A DNA stretch of 64,000 nucleotides, from assembly GCA_030141605.1 (NCBI GenBank), contig JAQGDQ010000039.1, positions 1 through 64,000 on the forward strand. The letters are read 5' to 3'. This document shows positions 13,650 to 25,807 of this stretch, one piece after another. The notes under the pieces are model-generated. The model worked only from the letters and a program-made list of their open reading frames with translations, had not been told where the DNA came from and ran no database searches. The first letter of the stretch is position 1, and each line of letters begins with the position of its first letter. The translations under genes were made by a program, and so were the position numbers. The stretch comes from Tubiluchus corallicola (Eukaryota > Animalia > Priapulida).

Positions 13650-13762
13650 ATTGTGCAAATATCTGTCCGCCAGGACCCCCAGGACCACCAGGTGCACCAG
13701 GAGTAGTCATGCATTATACTCGGCACCGCAATCCCCCAATCGGGCACAAATTATATTATTAG
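13650..13762 (+). CDS. Probable terminal exon with CxxxC and a short collagen-like Gly-X-Y run, in phase with the EGF exon
   Basis: Polypyrimidine tttcag acceptor, phase 1. Translates (D)CANICPPGPPGPPGAPGVVMHYTRHRNPPIGHKLYY*. Confidence 0.6.
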
Positions 13763-14205
13763 ATTCTAAGTTCTTATATTGTGTAGTATTAGATCTAAGT
13801 TCTAATAAGTATAAGAGTGTAGTATTAGAAATAATCAATGATCATATCATTGTGAGTTTGTGGCTGAGGAGTAGGAGAAGGAGGAGGAGGAAGGGGAAGA
13901 GGAGGAAGATTTGTGAAATGCCTGCTCTCAGCACAATATTTTGCAACACTGCTGATTTTGTTGTAATTGGGATAGTGCACACATAAACAATTTAAAGTAG
14001 AATTCTGTTTTATTATTCTTGTACATATTTTACATATCGTAATCTTCTTATAATTTAATTGGCCTATTTTTGACAGAAATAGCTCTATTGTATTGATCAC
14101 ATCGTTAGTTTTTAATGGTGAATTAATAAATCCCGACTCCAAAAGTGAAAGTGTTTGTGTTTGCTTCTTTCCTAGGTCTGAGGAGCCTGGTATCTTGTGA
14201 CTATC

Positions 14206-14527
14206 AATCAAGCCAAAAAGGTGTAATTAGTACATTGATGATACTAAAATTCTAAGTGTCAAAATTGTCAAAATAAATGTGTTTTAGTCTTATAACGCTT
14301 ACTGTCTTGTCTCTTCATTATGTAGACTGAGACAATTTGCTTTCTGTCTTGTGATCATTTCTAAATCTCGTATATAAGGTAATTTTTTACATTTCTTTTG
14401 AATTTCTTTCTAGTTATGTCCTCGTTTATTTTGACAATTTAAAATTTATCTTTGATTTATAATGACATTGAGAGCCTTAGTATTTTAGTATCACCAATGT
14501 ACTAATTATTCCTTTTTTGGCTTGATT
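14206..14527. mobile_element. MITE-like element with about 70-bp imperfect terminal inverted repeats
   Basis: aatcaagccaaaaagg...tagtacattg...atactaaaat mirrored by attttagtatcaccaatgtactaatta...tttggcttgatt. Confidence 0.6.
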
Positions 14528-14803
14528 TATAACATTGACAGTGACTGTTACAATGAAAACGATCGTCTACGCTCAAATAACCATGTTGATTCCTTGAGGC
14601 TGACTCTTTCATGTATTGAATATTCTGGTGTTTGGACGTTTATCGATTACGATCTGACATTTATCATCTTCTACTAATCATAACATGTATTTGAAAGCTG
14701 TGCAGTCTCTACCTAACAATAAGGAAAATGCACCATTGTTTCATACTTTCCCAGCGGCAATTGATCCACCACAAACTTTTCCGAGGCTGCTTCTAGTTTG
14801 TGT

Positions 14804-14937
14804 GAAAGCGTATTAGGACCATGATATCCAATTATAAAAATTCTGATTATAACCAGATTCTTTGCCATCCGATTACGAAAAAATCTAGTTATACCCAGAT
14901 TTTTTGTAATCGTAGATCGTGTCCCTAATACGTTTTC
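14804..14937. repeat. Short imperfect palindrome (MITE-like)
   Basis: gaaagcgtattaggac...gtccctaatacgttttc. Confidence 0.55.
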
Positions 14938-16499
14938 GTAACTTTGCTGTACGGCATTGTGTTTTTATTGTGTGAAATTTCGATTCCTTTGACAATTTTC
15001 AAAAACATTTTTACCTGGCCTAAAAAGTGCCATGTTATTTGGGTCGATTATAACTTATTTCCACTGCAGTTTTAAGGACGTCATACATCCTTAAACGCTG
15101 TCTCTGTCCACACCATAGCTGCAGTCAAAACGACCTTTTTAAACAAACTTATAATGTTAATGTTATAATGCTCTTTTAATGTTAAGCACATAAGACTCAA
15201 ATTCTTTATCTTGAACTACTTATGTAATGCTTTCTAGTTAATTTCCAAAGCATGAGCCGTGAAATTAAACTCATTGCCTAGTGTGAAACTAGAGAAGGCC
15301 TTTACTTTCGTCTGTGTAAGTAATGCGTTCCTCGCCGAATTTTAAATCTGGCGGATTTGGTTCATATTGAACTGTCGACAGCTAAGCAGTCTTTGGTTGA
15401 AATTCGTGTTGCCTTTTTTATTTAATAGGTAATAGTTATTAAAAAATGTTAAAAATATTTACAAGAAAGTATAAATATGGAAACAGGGTAAAAGCACTTT
15501 TGCAGTTATTTACCAAGATCGTTGACATCTTGGACGTTAAAACCTTCTCTGGCTCCATAATTTGCTTATGTTCATCATTTTTCAACAACACATTTTATAG
15601 TTTTCATGATTTTGTATTTTTTATGGTTATGACGGAGAAAAAGCCTCCAAAACGTTCTCGTTTAGCATGTTGATATATTATAATAATTGGAAACTATAAT
15701 CATCACTTTTTAACACCGATTTTTATGGCATTTATAATTTTGTGAGTTTTTATGATTATGACACAGAGAAGGCCTCAAAACGTGCTGTTTTTGTATGCTA
15801 GTATATTATAATAGGTGTGCCTTATAATCACGGCTTTTCATTAGTGACTTTTTATATATTTTTAATAGGCTAGCATTACAAACAAGAAAAATGCCACAAT
15901 TGTCAGCGTATGCGGCAAAACACAACGTTCCAAATAGCGAGCCGAACAAACGCCTTGCATTTTTTATACAGTTACATCTGACTTGTAATTTAGCGGCAGG
16001 GCTTTCTCAAAGGACAGAAAACTCTATTATAGCCTGTTCTCCTATTGAGTGTGTCACAAACTACTGATTACTGTGGGGAACGAAGCTCTGTTTGTTGTGA
16101 AAGCAAGAAACTCCAAAACATAGCGTATGCAATAGATCAGGCGATGACATACCATGGCATTTATTACATCATCAGCATCCTATCATAAGCATATAAGGCC
16201 GTCACAACAAAGTTGGTGCGGTATAAACCCACCTGGACAGGCAATAGGCTGACCACAACAAAAGCACAACACGTCGACCCGGCTAGCAGAACAACAGAGG
16301 AAGAAAGAAGCCGCGTGGAACACTTTGATTGGGTACTTCCCATTGTTCCGCAACACGATCCAATTTAAGGATTTAAACTATGCATGTAGTGTTCCAGCTG
16401 GGAATTTTGCAAACTCGTCTATTGTATAATAACATTTTCATTGTAAAAGGACTCAAGGGACAGAAGAAATTTGCCCTGAAAATTATCTAAGTTGCCATA

Positions 16500-16995
16500 G
16501 TTTGAATGATTTCCAAGTAAGTGCAAACTTCCAAAAATGGCCGTTTTTCGCCGTTTTTGCAAAACTTATACCTCTTATTTCTAGAGAACGGGAATGTGCT
16601 GGGTGCAGTGCTGACATGGTTGAATAGCCCGTTCAACGCTAAGCATTATAGGTATATTTTGATTGCACGGGAGGGCGACCGTTTCCCGCAAGGGGCGTTT
16701 TCCCTGGCCCATGCGCGCAAATTTGGTGAAAAACTGCACTAACAGCCTCCAGTAAAACTCGATTTGTGCAATTCTTTGGGCGTGTTGAGAAAAAATAAGC
16801 ACACTCACGAAACGGTTTACAAGTTGAGGAAGTTCCACCAGGAGAAATGTCCACCAAACGAAATAGGAAGGGTGTATTTCGAAGTTCTTTTTCTACATCT
16901 CTCTGCTGCACATCCATTGTTTTTGCGTTTGCGAAATTTCGCGGCTGTTCCAGGCATTGGCTTCACCCGCCATTCTAACGTGTTATAGATGGTAC
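16500..16995 (+). mobile_element. Dispersed repeat family B, copy 1 (about 500 bp, unclassified)
   Basis: Diverged inverted homolog at 40650-41160; shared blocks aaataggaagggtgtatttc and gctgttccaggcattg. Confidence 0.7.
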
Positions 16996-17264
16996 ATGTA
17001 AGTTATACCTGTTCGCCTATTATTATCAGACAAGCAATAAGCTAAACTATACAATATGTCCGTGCATTATTGATTATTGGTGGATAGTCTAAGAACAGTG
17101 TTTCGACTTTGTGCAAAATGTTTTGATTATGATTATTGCTGCTTCTTTAACACAGTTAAAAGCGAGCACATTGCCCAATCAGGTTTACATGTATAAATAT
17201 TTCGTAATTATTATAATAATGATTATGCTTAAAATATGAGAAAGCTCTCGTGACCCTCACCATC

Positions 17265-17388
17265 ATTAACATGAATTAAACGTTGAATGCCCTTTATAGT
17301 CCCACAACAATGATTATTTACTAATTTCTTTCAAATGAATAATCTATTGTGAGACTATAAAGGCTATTCGACGTTTCTTCATGTTAAT
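17265..17388. repeat. Short imperfect palindrome (MITE-like)
   Basis: attaacatgaa...ctttatagtc mirrored by gactataaag...ttcatgttaat. Confidence 0.6.
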
Positions 17389-18194
17389 AATTGTTCTGTT
17401 CACTTTGCAATGAACGTAAAATTTTCTCATCATGGCGTTCTTCCGTGTCAGTAGTTCATCACGACAAAAAACGATTTTGAAAAACATCGCTGATCGAATG
17501 GAAGAGAATGATCACCAGGGGTCGTTGGAGCTAGCAGTTAAAACAAGAGAACCTGCAGTCCAAAATTTTCCACTTCAAAAAAGTTCGTATTACACAGTCG
17601 ATTTTTGGTGGCTGTTTGTACTGTGCTTCGTGTTTCGCGCCTTGAACGTCTGAATGCAACAGTTAAAGGCTTGCTGCACAGCCGTTCTAAATGATTAATT
17701 GTTTATAAATCATGCTATCAATAGTCTGCACACGTAGCAACGTTATTCTAGTGGCTTAGGGGTGTAATTAGTTACCTTATATGCATTCGACATGATGCGT
17801 ACGCTTAATGAGATTACCTCAACCTTAACGCCACAAATTTGCTACCTAGTAGCATTCTTAAAACGCCTTGGCTTTAGAGGTAGGGGCGTTTTCAGGAAAG
17901 AGTATGTTAAATTCACGCGCATGCGCATTTGCACTAGCTGACAAACGTCGCTAACTGAAACTGATTTCTCTTTTCGCGAGCGGCTCCTAGTCCCGATAGG
18001 CTTTGAATGAATTTGTGGGGGTTTTAGGTCTGATCTCCTTGGCCAAGGCAACCACCTTTGCAGAAGGGCGTCGGGGAAATACAGGACTTCATGCATCTTT
18101 TATATTTTCTGATAGACGTTAAATGCCGGCAGAGGTTTATTGCACTCCTACAGCAAAGGCAAAGAAAGGAAGAGCATTGTAGCATTCGTACCGG

Positions 18195-18396
18195 ATGGGT
18201 TGTGGAGTAATTCAGAGTTTATTATCGTGGAACAATTATAGGCTGATGATCGTGTTTGCGTTCGGATTTTTGTTGACATTTTTCATTGGGGAGGTGGCTT
18301 CCTCCAATGCAGTGAGCTGGAGAGGATACTACGGACAACGGGCAGTGAGTTATCCAATGAACGACTTTGAACTTTTAATGAAAGAGAAGAATGAAG
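18195..18396 (+). CDS. Exon 1 of a putative CRH/DH44-like neuropeptide precursor (signal peptide and pro-region)
   Basis: ATG, hydrophobic core LMIVFAFGFLLTFFIGEVAS, and a gaag|gtaaat donor in phase 1. Confidence 0.65.
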
Positions 18397-19654
18397 GTAA
18401 ATTAGCTTTATTCCATTGTTTTGATTTGTTCATGATCGTTTCATCCCTAATTTAACATCGATTTAACATATCTACAATTTAACATTTATTTTATTGTAAC
18501 AATAGAAAATTCTTTCTAAAAAGATTAACAAAAAAATTAAAAGCAAGGTGTCGAACAAATACAAGTGTGTGTGTAAAAGCATACAAAAAATAAAAGCAGC
18601 AAAACAAAAAAAGAAGAACCTTAACAAAAGACTTTCGATTTTACATACCTGTCTACTGCTTGACAAAAAGTGCGTCTACTGGAGTGATTGGTTGCACCAT
18701 TGCGTAAACTATCAAGTTTTAGTGAATAGTTAGCTTTCTCATCATCCATGATTGAAAAGAATAAATTAAATCTGACACATCATTATTTTTAGTTGCTGGG
18801 CAAGACAAAATTGCTTGACTTATTGTCTTGATTTCATTAGTATCGCATAACTGACCAATTCTGTTCTCCCTACTAATTCTCGACCACCGACCTGTTTCAT
18901 TCTGCAGGTTATGACTGCCCACAGAAAACCATGCCGTAATGTTCCATTATTATCATACAAACATGGTAGTGCATCGAAATCAGCATTAGTATTACAGTAT
19001 ATGCCTTTCTTCGACTCAGAATCATAATACAGACTTCTTTGAAGTCAGTGTCGTGCATCCTTCAAACATTTATCATTAAATGAGAGTTAAAATCTTTCCC
19101 ATTTTCCAGTGCACAACGACAACGATGATTCGAGCAAATAACATCCTCATCATAAGTATAGGCCACTCCTCAGGTCCTACTTGGCGCTCGAGTCTTACCA
19201 CCAAATCGAATTTACTATACAAGTATAAATTTATGGAAAAATAACTGAAACACAGGGGAGAGAAGGCCTTATATGGCGATAAGTCGCAAGTTGTGAAGCT
19301 AAATTATCACGTCATATACATTTACTTTCCTCAGATTTTCCGTACGGTAAATTTTAACGTCTATGTCTTTGTTATGCCTGTTGTTACAGTAAGCTTAAGG
19401 AAACGGTGATAACCTAGGACAAGCCCTGTGCTTAAATCGTCAAAAAAGTTTTATCTCGTAAAAGCTTACCTTAAAAATTTTCCCTGACTCAGCATTATTT
19501 AGCGAGGTACTATCGCGCAGAAAACGTGCTCGGTGGTCACCTGCTCTTGGTATCCAATCGCCATTTTTACTACCTTATTAACGTCTTCTAACTCTATTGT
19601 GCATGCTAGTTGACGGTGGAGTTTGTGGCTTTGTGTCTTTCCTGTTTTACTTCG

Positions 19655-19668
19655 TAATAATAATGATA

Positions 19669-19724
<56 letters not shown>

Positions 19725-19728
19725 AATT
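19655..19728. repeat. (GAT)n microsatellite
   Basis: Direct read. Confidence 0.95.
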
Positions 19729-20699
19729 ATAACGATGTCACATTCATGCGAAGGGGGTGTCTACAGACTGAACCCGTTCACATGAGTGGGATAGTCTCTG
19801 GGGAAATTCTAAGAAAATATTTACGTCCACAGCCGAGCAAGGCCTAATGTTAGAATGTAAATATTTATTAGCCTAAAATAACGTGCCAGAAAATGGTGAA
19901 ACGGCCTAGGTATCTCTACGGGAGCACACTTAGACGGGGATTGGTTCCTTATAGTTCATATTACTTCAAACATTGCTTTTCTGTTAAATTCTCAAGAAAC
20001 TTTCTTGAAGACAAAGTTTTTATCCAAACATTCTATTACGAGGGCGAAATGCTATTTATTCACCCCCTCTACGGTGTGATGGTCTGGTCTGCAAGAAGCC
20101 GTTGCATAATGGCGTTGAATATCAGGTATGGAACGGACGCTATGGAATGGCGAAGGTTCAGTCGGTTAACGGGCACGTGCGTATTCCATCTCAGGACCTG
20201 TTCCATAAAGACAATCGGCATGGAGCAAAGTGGATTATTTTGGCTTACTTAAATATTGTTTTACATATTTGGACGTTTTCTGCACAACTATGCCGTGACA
20301 GAGATTAAAAGTGGAAATTTTGTCTTTGCATCAGAGCTTGTTTAATAAAACATCAAGAAAAACTGCTACAGCAGCTTATGTGTGATTTTATTGCATTTAC
20401 TTCTTGCAGTTTCACGCGTGAGGAAAATGTTTCCTGCTTTGTATTCGACGTGAAAAATTGTCCCCTGATTGAAAGGAAATGGGATCTGAATTCCCAGGTG
20501 AGACTTCTCGCAAGAGTACTGAAAGATCATTATTCTGGACATTATACTGACACTAGTTCTAATCAGACTAATTTATCAAACACACCTGATGCTTTTCCCA
20601 CGTACTCAAAGAGAATTAAAGACTTATGTAATTTGATCTCAATCCAACAGTGGTACTCGAAGTTGTACGTAACACAAGCCTGATCAAAATCACCAGCTT

Positions 20700-20980
20700 A
20701 ATAAGCAACAATCAAGTGACCAACAAGCAAGCAAATTTTACCAACCGATCGACTGACTGGCTGACCAATAAAATTAACCAACAAGCTAACCAGCCAACCC
20801 CAATTCATCCAACATACAACATAACTCAACTACCCAACCGACAGACCGACGGACTGACTGACTGACTGACTGGTTGACCGACAAATCAACCAACAAGAAA
20901 ACTAGCTAACCACCAATCAACATATTAACCTACCCAACTGATCGACCGACCGCCAGTCAACCAATTAACCTACCCAACTT
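20700..20980. repeat. Degenerate tetranucleotide low-complexity tract (ccaa/ccga/ctga)
   Basis: Direct read. Confidence 0.8.
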
Positions 20981-21150
20981 ACTCATCTTAATTGATTATA
21001 TATCACGTTAGTATCGATTTGATTTCATTCAGTCTTCGTTTATTTCGAAAAGCACACTTATGCATAAATTGTACTTGTACACATGCTTTTTAACTTTAGG
21101 AAAAGATAAAATAGTGGAGTATGTAACAAACCAAATTTGATTTATTTCAG

Positions 21151-21386
21151 TGCCAAGTTTTGGCGACACTAATTACCTGGCTTCAAAGCGATGGTCGAGT
21201 GAGAAGATTTTATCCTCTCCGGTCAACCTGCAGAAGATAAATTTTTATCCGAGAAAAAAAACGCAAAGACGACCTTCTCTAGGACCGCAGATAACTCTTT
21301 ACCAACTGAGATCGTTACTACAGAGCATGCGCAATGACATGAGGAGAAAACAATACTTGAAAAAACATGATTTTATGTTTTATTGA
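21151..21386 (+). CDS. Exon 2 of the putative CRH/DH44-like precursor; spliced product 145 aa
   Basis: tttatttcag acceptor, phase-compatible with exon 1. Contains KR, RKK and RR basic sites and the terminal peptide PSLGPQITLYQLRSLLQSMRNDMRRKQYLKKHDFMFY*. Confidence 0.65.
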
Positions 21387-21589
21387 GCCTGATGGTGTGG
21401 GGGCTTTGGCCGACTGTTGGTCTTATTTAGCATTTGTTTGTATTTAAGAAATTTTAGCAAAATGTTTTTTATGGTATTTAAATTGAAAGACGTCACAGTG
21501 TTCCTTTGAAAGCACAGAATAACGTATGATATAAAATATCTCTACTGTACGTCCAGTTTTTTGTCACTACTTGTCACAAACTATTTAAA

Positions 21590-22030
21590 GGGGATAAAGT
21601 ATATTGCAAAAAACATTCCACGAAAGTTATATTACTTAGCGCCTGCTCGAAAGACTTATGTAATTAGACAAGAAAATTCTTAGTAATTTAAAGTGTTCCA
21701 ACAAGGTAAAATGTTGCTCATTAATCTTCCGAATGTGTACCACTGACTCACTAAAAACTTATTTTTAATTTTATTGGCAAGATACAGTAAGTTATGCTTG
21801 TGCCTTTTAGTGAAGTGTGCGCTACAAATGTTCTGATAATTTTTTCAAACTTTACACAATTATCTAAACTTGTTTCAAACGATCTATCATCAAAATGGCT
21901 GCGCCTAACGGTCATCAAGGGAGTTTAAATTTATAAGTTTTATATAGAGTTGCGATAAGTTCTGTGCGCAATAAGACAGTATGCAGTTGATACAAAATTT
22001 CAAGACGAATGTAAGTAAAGGGTTTTCTTG
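21590..22030 (+). mobile_element. Dispersed repeat family A, copy 1
   Basis: Core tttttcaaactttacac...aaacttgtttcaaa...ggctgcgcctaa...gggagtttaaatt...aaatttcaagacgaat recurs near 29700, 54775 and 63280. Confidence 0.75.
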
Positions 22031-22630
22031 TGTTTTAAGGAGCGTGGAAGAACAATTGGAGCAAGCTTCGTCATTTCATTTCTTTTCATTGTTTTCATAA
22101 AAATTTATTAGAATTAAGAAAGTCGATTATACCATTAAAAAGTTTTTATTTTAAAACATTTATAACTGCATGTGATAACTTTTAAATTTAGCGGATTTAT
22201 CATGTCTTGACAGTTGACAAGAAATTTTTCCGTTTGTAAAGCCTTTATTATTGTAATGTGATTCAAAAATGTTTAATCTCAGTTTAAAAATAAACGTGAA
22301 GCTGGTTACCTGTTTTGCTGGCAGTTTTATCTTTCCTTGTTTTAGTTTGCAAGCGACCAGCTGTTGGTGTTTTCGTTTTTTTCTATTGACGTTTGCCTTA
22401 AAGAGTTGTAATTATAGCAAAATTAGTATAATTAATGGATTGTGGATGGAATATACGAGTAAATTTTTTCGGGTTCTAATTACACTGTTTACTTTTACAC
22501 ATTTGTATACGAAGATGCATTCATTTTGTTACAATAAAACAGGCAAACTACACGTATCGCTTGGCTGCAATAGCTACAAATTAACGCCAATATTTTTTTG
22601 TGACAATATAAAAATATTTTACCCTTTGTA

Positions 22631-22807
22631 ATATTACGGTGGTTTGTTAGGGATATAGTAAAAACAAAAAACAACAAATTTACTAATTCGAAATATCGAC
22701 TTATTTCGAGATACTAAGTCGAAATTTCGAGTTATTAAGTCGAAATTTCGAGTTAATAAATTTATTTTTTGTTTTTACTATGTTTCTAACAAGCAGCCAT
22801 ATAATAT
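22631..22807. repeat. Palindromic MITE-like element with internal taagtcgaaatttcgag repeats
   Basis: ttgttag..atagtaaaaacaaaaaa mirrored by ttttttgtttttactat..ctaacaa. Confidence 0.65.
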
Positions 22808-22899
22808 ATAGATTGTTCTGTTACAAATTAAAATAATATAAACGCAAAGATGCGTTTTTCTAAAGTGTGTGCTGGCGAATCACCATGTATTTTGGCAAA

Positions 22900-23645
22900 T
22901 TAAATTAGCTCCTCCACATTAGAAATCACAAGGAAAGATCCGATGCCATGATTGAACACTGCAGAAATGTCAACGATATTTTATATGCTTTCCCAATAAT
23001 TCTGGAAACGTAACAGATTGTGTCCTTACAAATCTGGACTTGCCGTTCAAGAAAAGATATGAGCAATGCTGCAATGTAGCTTATACAGAAGTTGTATTAT
23101 AGTATCAGATGCAAACAGCTTGGTAAAAAAATTCTGGAAAAAATGGAAGAAGACAAAATTTCCATAAATGACTGTCGAGGCCAAGTATACAAGAAGGCAA
23201 CAGTTTCGGCGGGAGTGGGGAGAGGTGTTCAAGAAAATGTTTTTGAAGTTAACCCAAAAGTGGTGTTCGTGAATTGCGAGAACCACAGCCTCAATTTGAC
23301 CTGTGTCCATGCAAGTGAGGTACAACCTGCGCCTGTTGCATTTTTTCGAGTTCTGGAAAAACTGTTTTCTTTTTTCTTAGTTTACTTCTCGTTGGGAAGT
23401 GTTATAATCATTTATTTGTCTCTCAGTCTGTGAAAAGACAACGCGATACAAGATGCAAGAATCGAACTTAACAAATGGAGCCGATTTATATTTAATTTGA
23501 ATAAAGTGTTTATTTCACGTTTCATCTGTTTTTACAAATTTAAAATGTCTTTTCTCAGTATTAGGCCTTGTACCCCCGATTTGACTTAAGTCTTAGGGGC
23601 ATACAATCAAAAAATGAGTTAGCCCCGAACTTCTGCACACCACTG
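22900..23645 (+). mobile_element. hAT (ZMYM1-like) transposase relic with a possible right TIR
   Basis: CRGQVYKKATVSAGVGRGVQENVFEVNPKVVFVNCENHSLNL matches the hAT catalytic region (CRGQxYD...CxxHxLNL) with the catalytic D lost. The segment ends in ctgcacaccactg. Confidence 0.75.
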
Positions 23646-24758
23646 AGCGTCTTGTGGAAGGAACTCCGCGTCATTAATTATGGTTGCCTGGGAGACGGAC
23701 GTAATTTTCCTTCGACGCTGCGGCACAGGAAGAAGTGGCGGTCAGGAGAAAGCCCACAATCCACCCCTGAGAGGCTCTAATGCATCAATTTGGAAAAACT
23801 GATATGCAGTAGAAGCAGTCAAGGTACGAAACTATTAAACGGACTCGAATTTAAATGAAGAAAAACTGTAGGCCATTCCTCTAGCTCTAGGTCCCTCCTA
23901 ATCTGGACGTCTCTCGACGAAGAAGTTTTCATGAGTTCAATTACAGTTCTCCCTCTTGTAGTTACAACTACAAGATTTTAAGTTGGTTTTAGTGATTATT
24001 GTTTCGTGTTAAATTCTGTATTTGGGTTTCGTCGTTTGAGTAAAACATTCATTGTATTTGCGCGAGATTGTTACTTTTGTCGCTTGTGTATAAATTTAAT
24101 CGAATCAAGAACGGTGTAGGGAATTTTGGGGATTAGGCAAATCAATTCAACTGGTGACAGATGTGTGATCCTAATTAATATACGCTTCCTGCCTTAAGCG
24201 GATAAAAACTGTCATCTTGCTTAGAAATTAGAAAAGACTAACGATCGAAATAATATACAGCATGTTCTCTTAAGCAATTCCTCAAGAGAATGATTACATG
24301 CTAATAAAAGGTCAGGCCTATCATGATTTATCTTAAAACAATTTTAAAAAGGCAGGAATACGATAATTAAAAAATTTCCACGAAAATGCATAATGGCTTT
24401 AAAGTATAACAGGCTCATCAGAGACATAGTCCGCGTGGTGAAGAAGAAGCTTGGCTTTAAAATACAAAATGTCACCCAAATACAAAAAAAAAACGTTTGG
24501 AATATGAAAAAGGAACTGTAAAACAATGGAAAATATTTTATAACAACAGCATTTAGGAAATTTCCCTGGAGACAAGATTTTGTTGACACCAATCTTAATT
24601 CTGCTTATTCACCCTTTTGCAAAAAGAAGATTACGAAAACGTTTGCAACAATTTTGTAAGCCCGCAAGAGAACTTTTCGCCTTTTAGATGATAGCCTGGG
24701 TCATTATTTAACGACAAACTGTGAAAAAGGCGTAAATAAGTTTATGTAACCCACAGTA

Positions 24759-24879
24759 ATAATCTTAAAGAAGACAAAATACCTATTAACTCTCAAAAAC
24801 TTTTGTGTTTCACAGGTGCTTTCAAATGAAAAATTAAAATTTTTGAGAGTTACGGGCTTTTTGTCTTCTTTACGATTAT
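24759..24879. repeat. Short imperfect palindrome (MITE-like)
   Basis: ataatcttaaagaagacaaaa...taactctcaaaaa mirrored by tttttgagagtta...ttttgtcttctttacgattat. Confidence 0.6.
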
Positions 24880-25349
24880 GATCATGGCAAGTCTCAGAAG
24901 AACACTATCTTAATTTCAAGCTAACCCACAGTAACCTAAATAAATGGCGTACGTATAGGTGTGGCGTATACTCCTGAGCTCAGCGAGCTTACAAACTGAC
25001 AAAATCACTACAAAAATTGAAGCACATTATAAGCGGTTCCAATTCGTGGGTGAAATGAATAAAAAGAGCATAAAATTAACTCGAATGCTGATTGTCCACA
25101 CTCAGGATGACACTCAGACTAATTTCTTACAAACCGTTTTTAATTTTGATTTACAACCTGAAAATTTTGGGGTTCAAATATTAATGCAGCAACAATCGAT
25201 CAATTTCCCTTCAACCAAATTTGCATTTCAGGTTTAAGTCATTGTTACTTTTAACGAATGCAGTGTAAGATATAACGATAACACTTTAAAATTTCAAATT
25301 ACGGTTATCGGTCAAATTAACGGGAAATTTCTTGACCTTGAAAAACCAG

Positions 25350-25420
25350 AGTGTCTCTGTGGTGCAATGGTTAGCAGAGCAGCCTGAAAAATATGGGTTC
25401 GAGTCCCAGTGGTGTGCAAA
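25350..25420 (+). mobile_element. tRNA-derived SINE head or tRNA pseudogene
   Basis: A-box tggtgcaatgg and B-box ggttcgagtcc; the anticodon arm does not fold. Relatives at 49315-49380 and 49535-49605. Confidence 0.6.
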
Positions 25421-25713
25421 ATTTTTCAGACAGCCTAATTTATAATTTGTCTAACGCGTTTAAATGATTAATAAAAACAAATATCATCAAACTTAAATAC
25501 ATGCACAATGCCGACGCAAAAACTGTTAAAATATGACGTTTTGCGCCAAAGAATGATTTTAGCAACTGAAATCTACTTATCCATTAACTAATAAATATGA
25601 ATTTAGATTTGTCAGTAAAAATGCACTTGCATTTTTGTTCTGTTGTTTGCACTTTATAGGGGCTTTTGTTCGGCCTTTGTCTTCTACCGGAAACGGAAGA
25701 AGAGGAAGTAGAT

Positions 25714-25807
25714 ATGACGTCACGTGACCCAAGAGTAGATGTCATTAACACCCGGGAGAAGCGTGTGGGTAACGTCTACACGGCTTATATGATTCCTGGA
25801 TACACAG
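25714..25807 (+). CDS. FAM166: FAM166/CIMIP2-like gene 1, exon 1 of 10 (429 aa total)
   Basis: MTSRDPRVDVINTREKRVGNVYTAYMIPGYT|G with a phase 1 donor. IPGYTG is the PYG repeat of FAM166/CIMIP2 proteins. Confidence 0.75.

Noticed and set aside
13606-14211. 126-aa and 128-aa ORFs with poly-Arg or poly-Pro
   Set aside because: They come from a (gag)n-like tract; the credible coding frame is the collagen-like exon in another frame.
19893-20308. 119-aa and 68-aa ORFs in the intron of the CRH-like gene
   Set aside because: No domain recognised and no phase-consistent exon boundaries.
25350-25420. Functional tRNA genes here and at 36983, 49315 and 49535
   Set aside because: A and B boxes are present but the cloverleaf stems fail; they fit SINE heads better.
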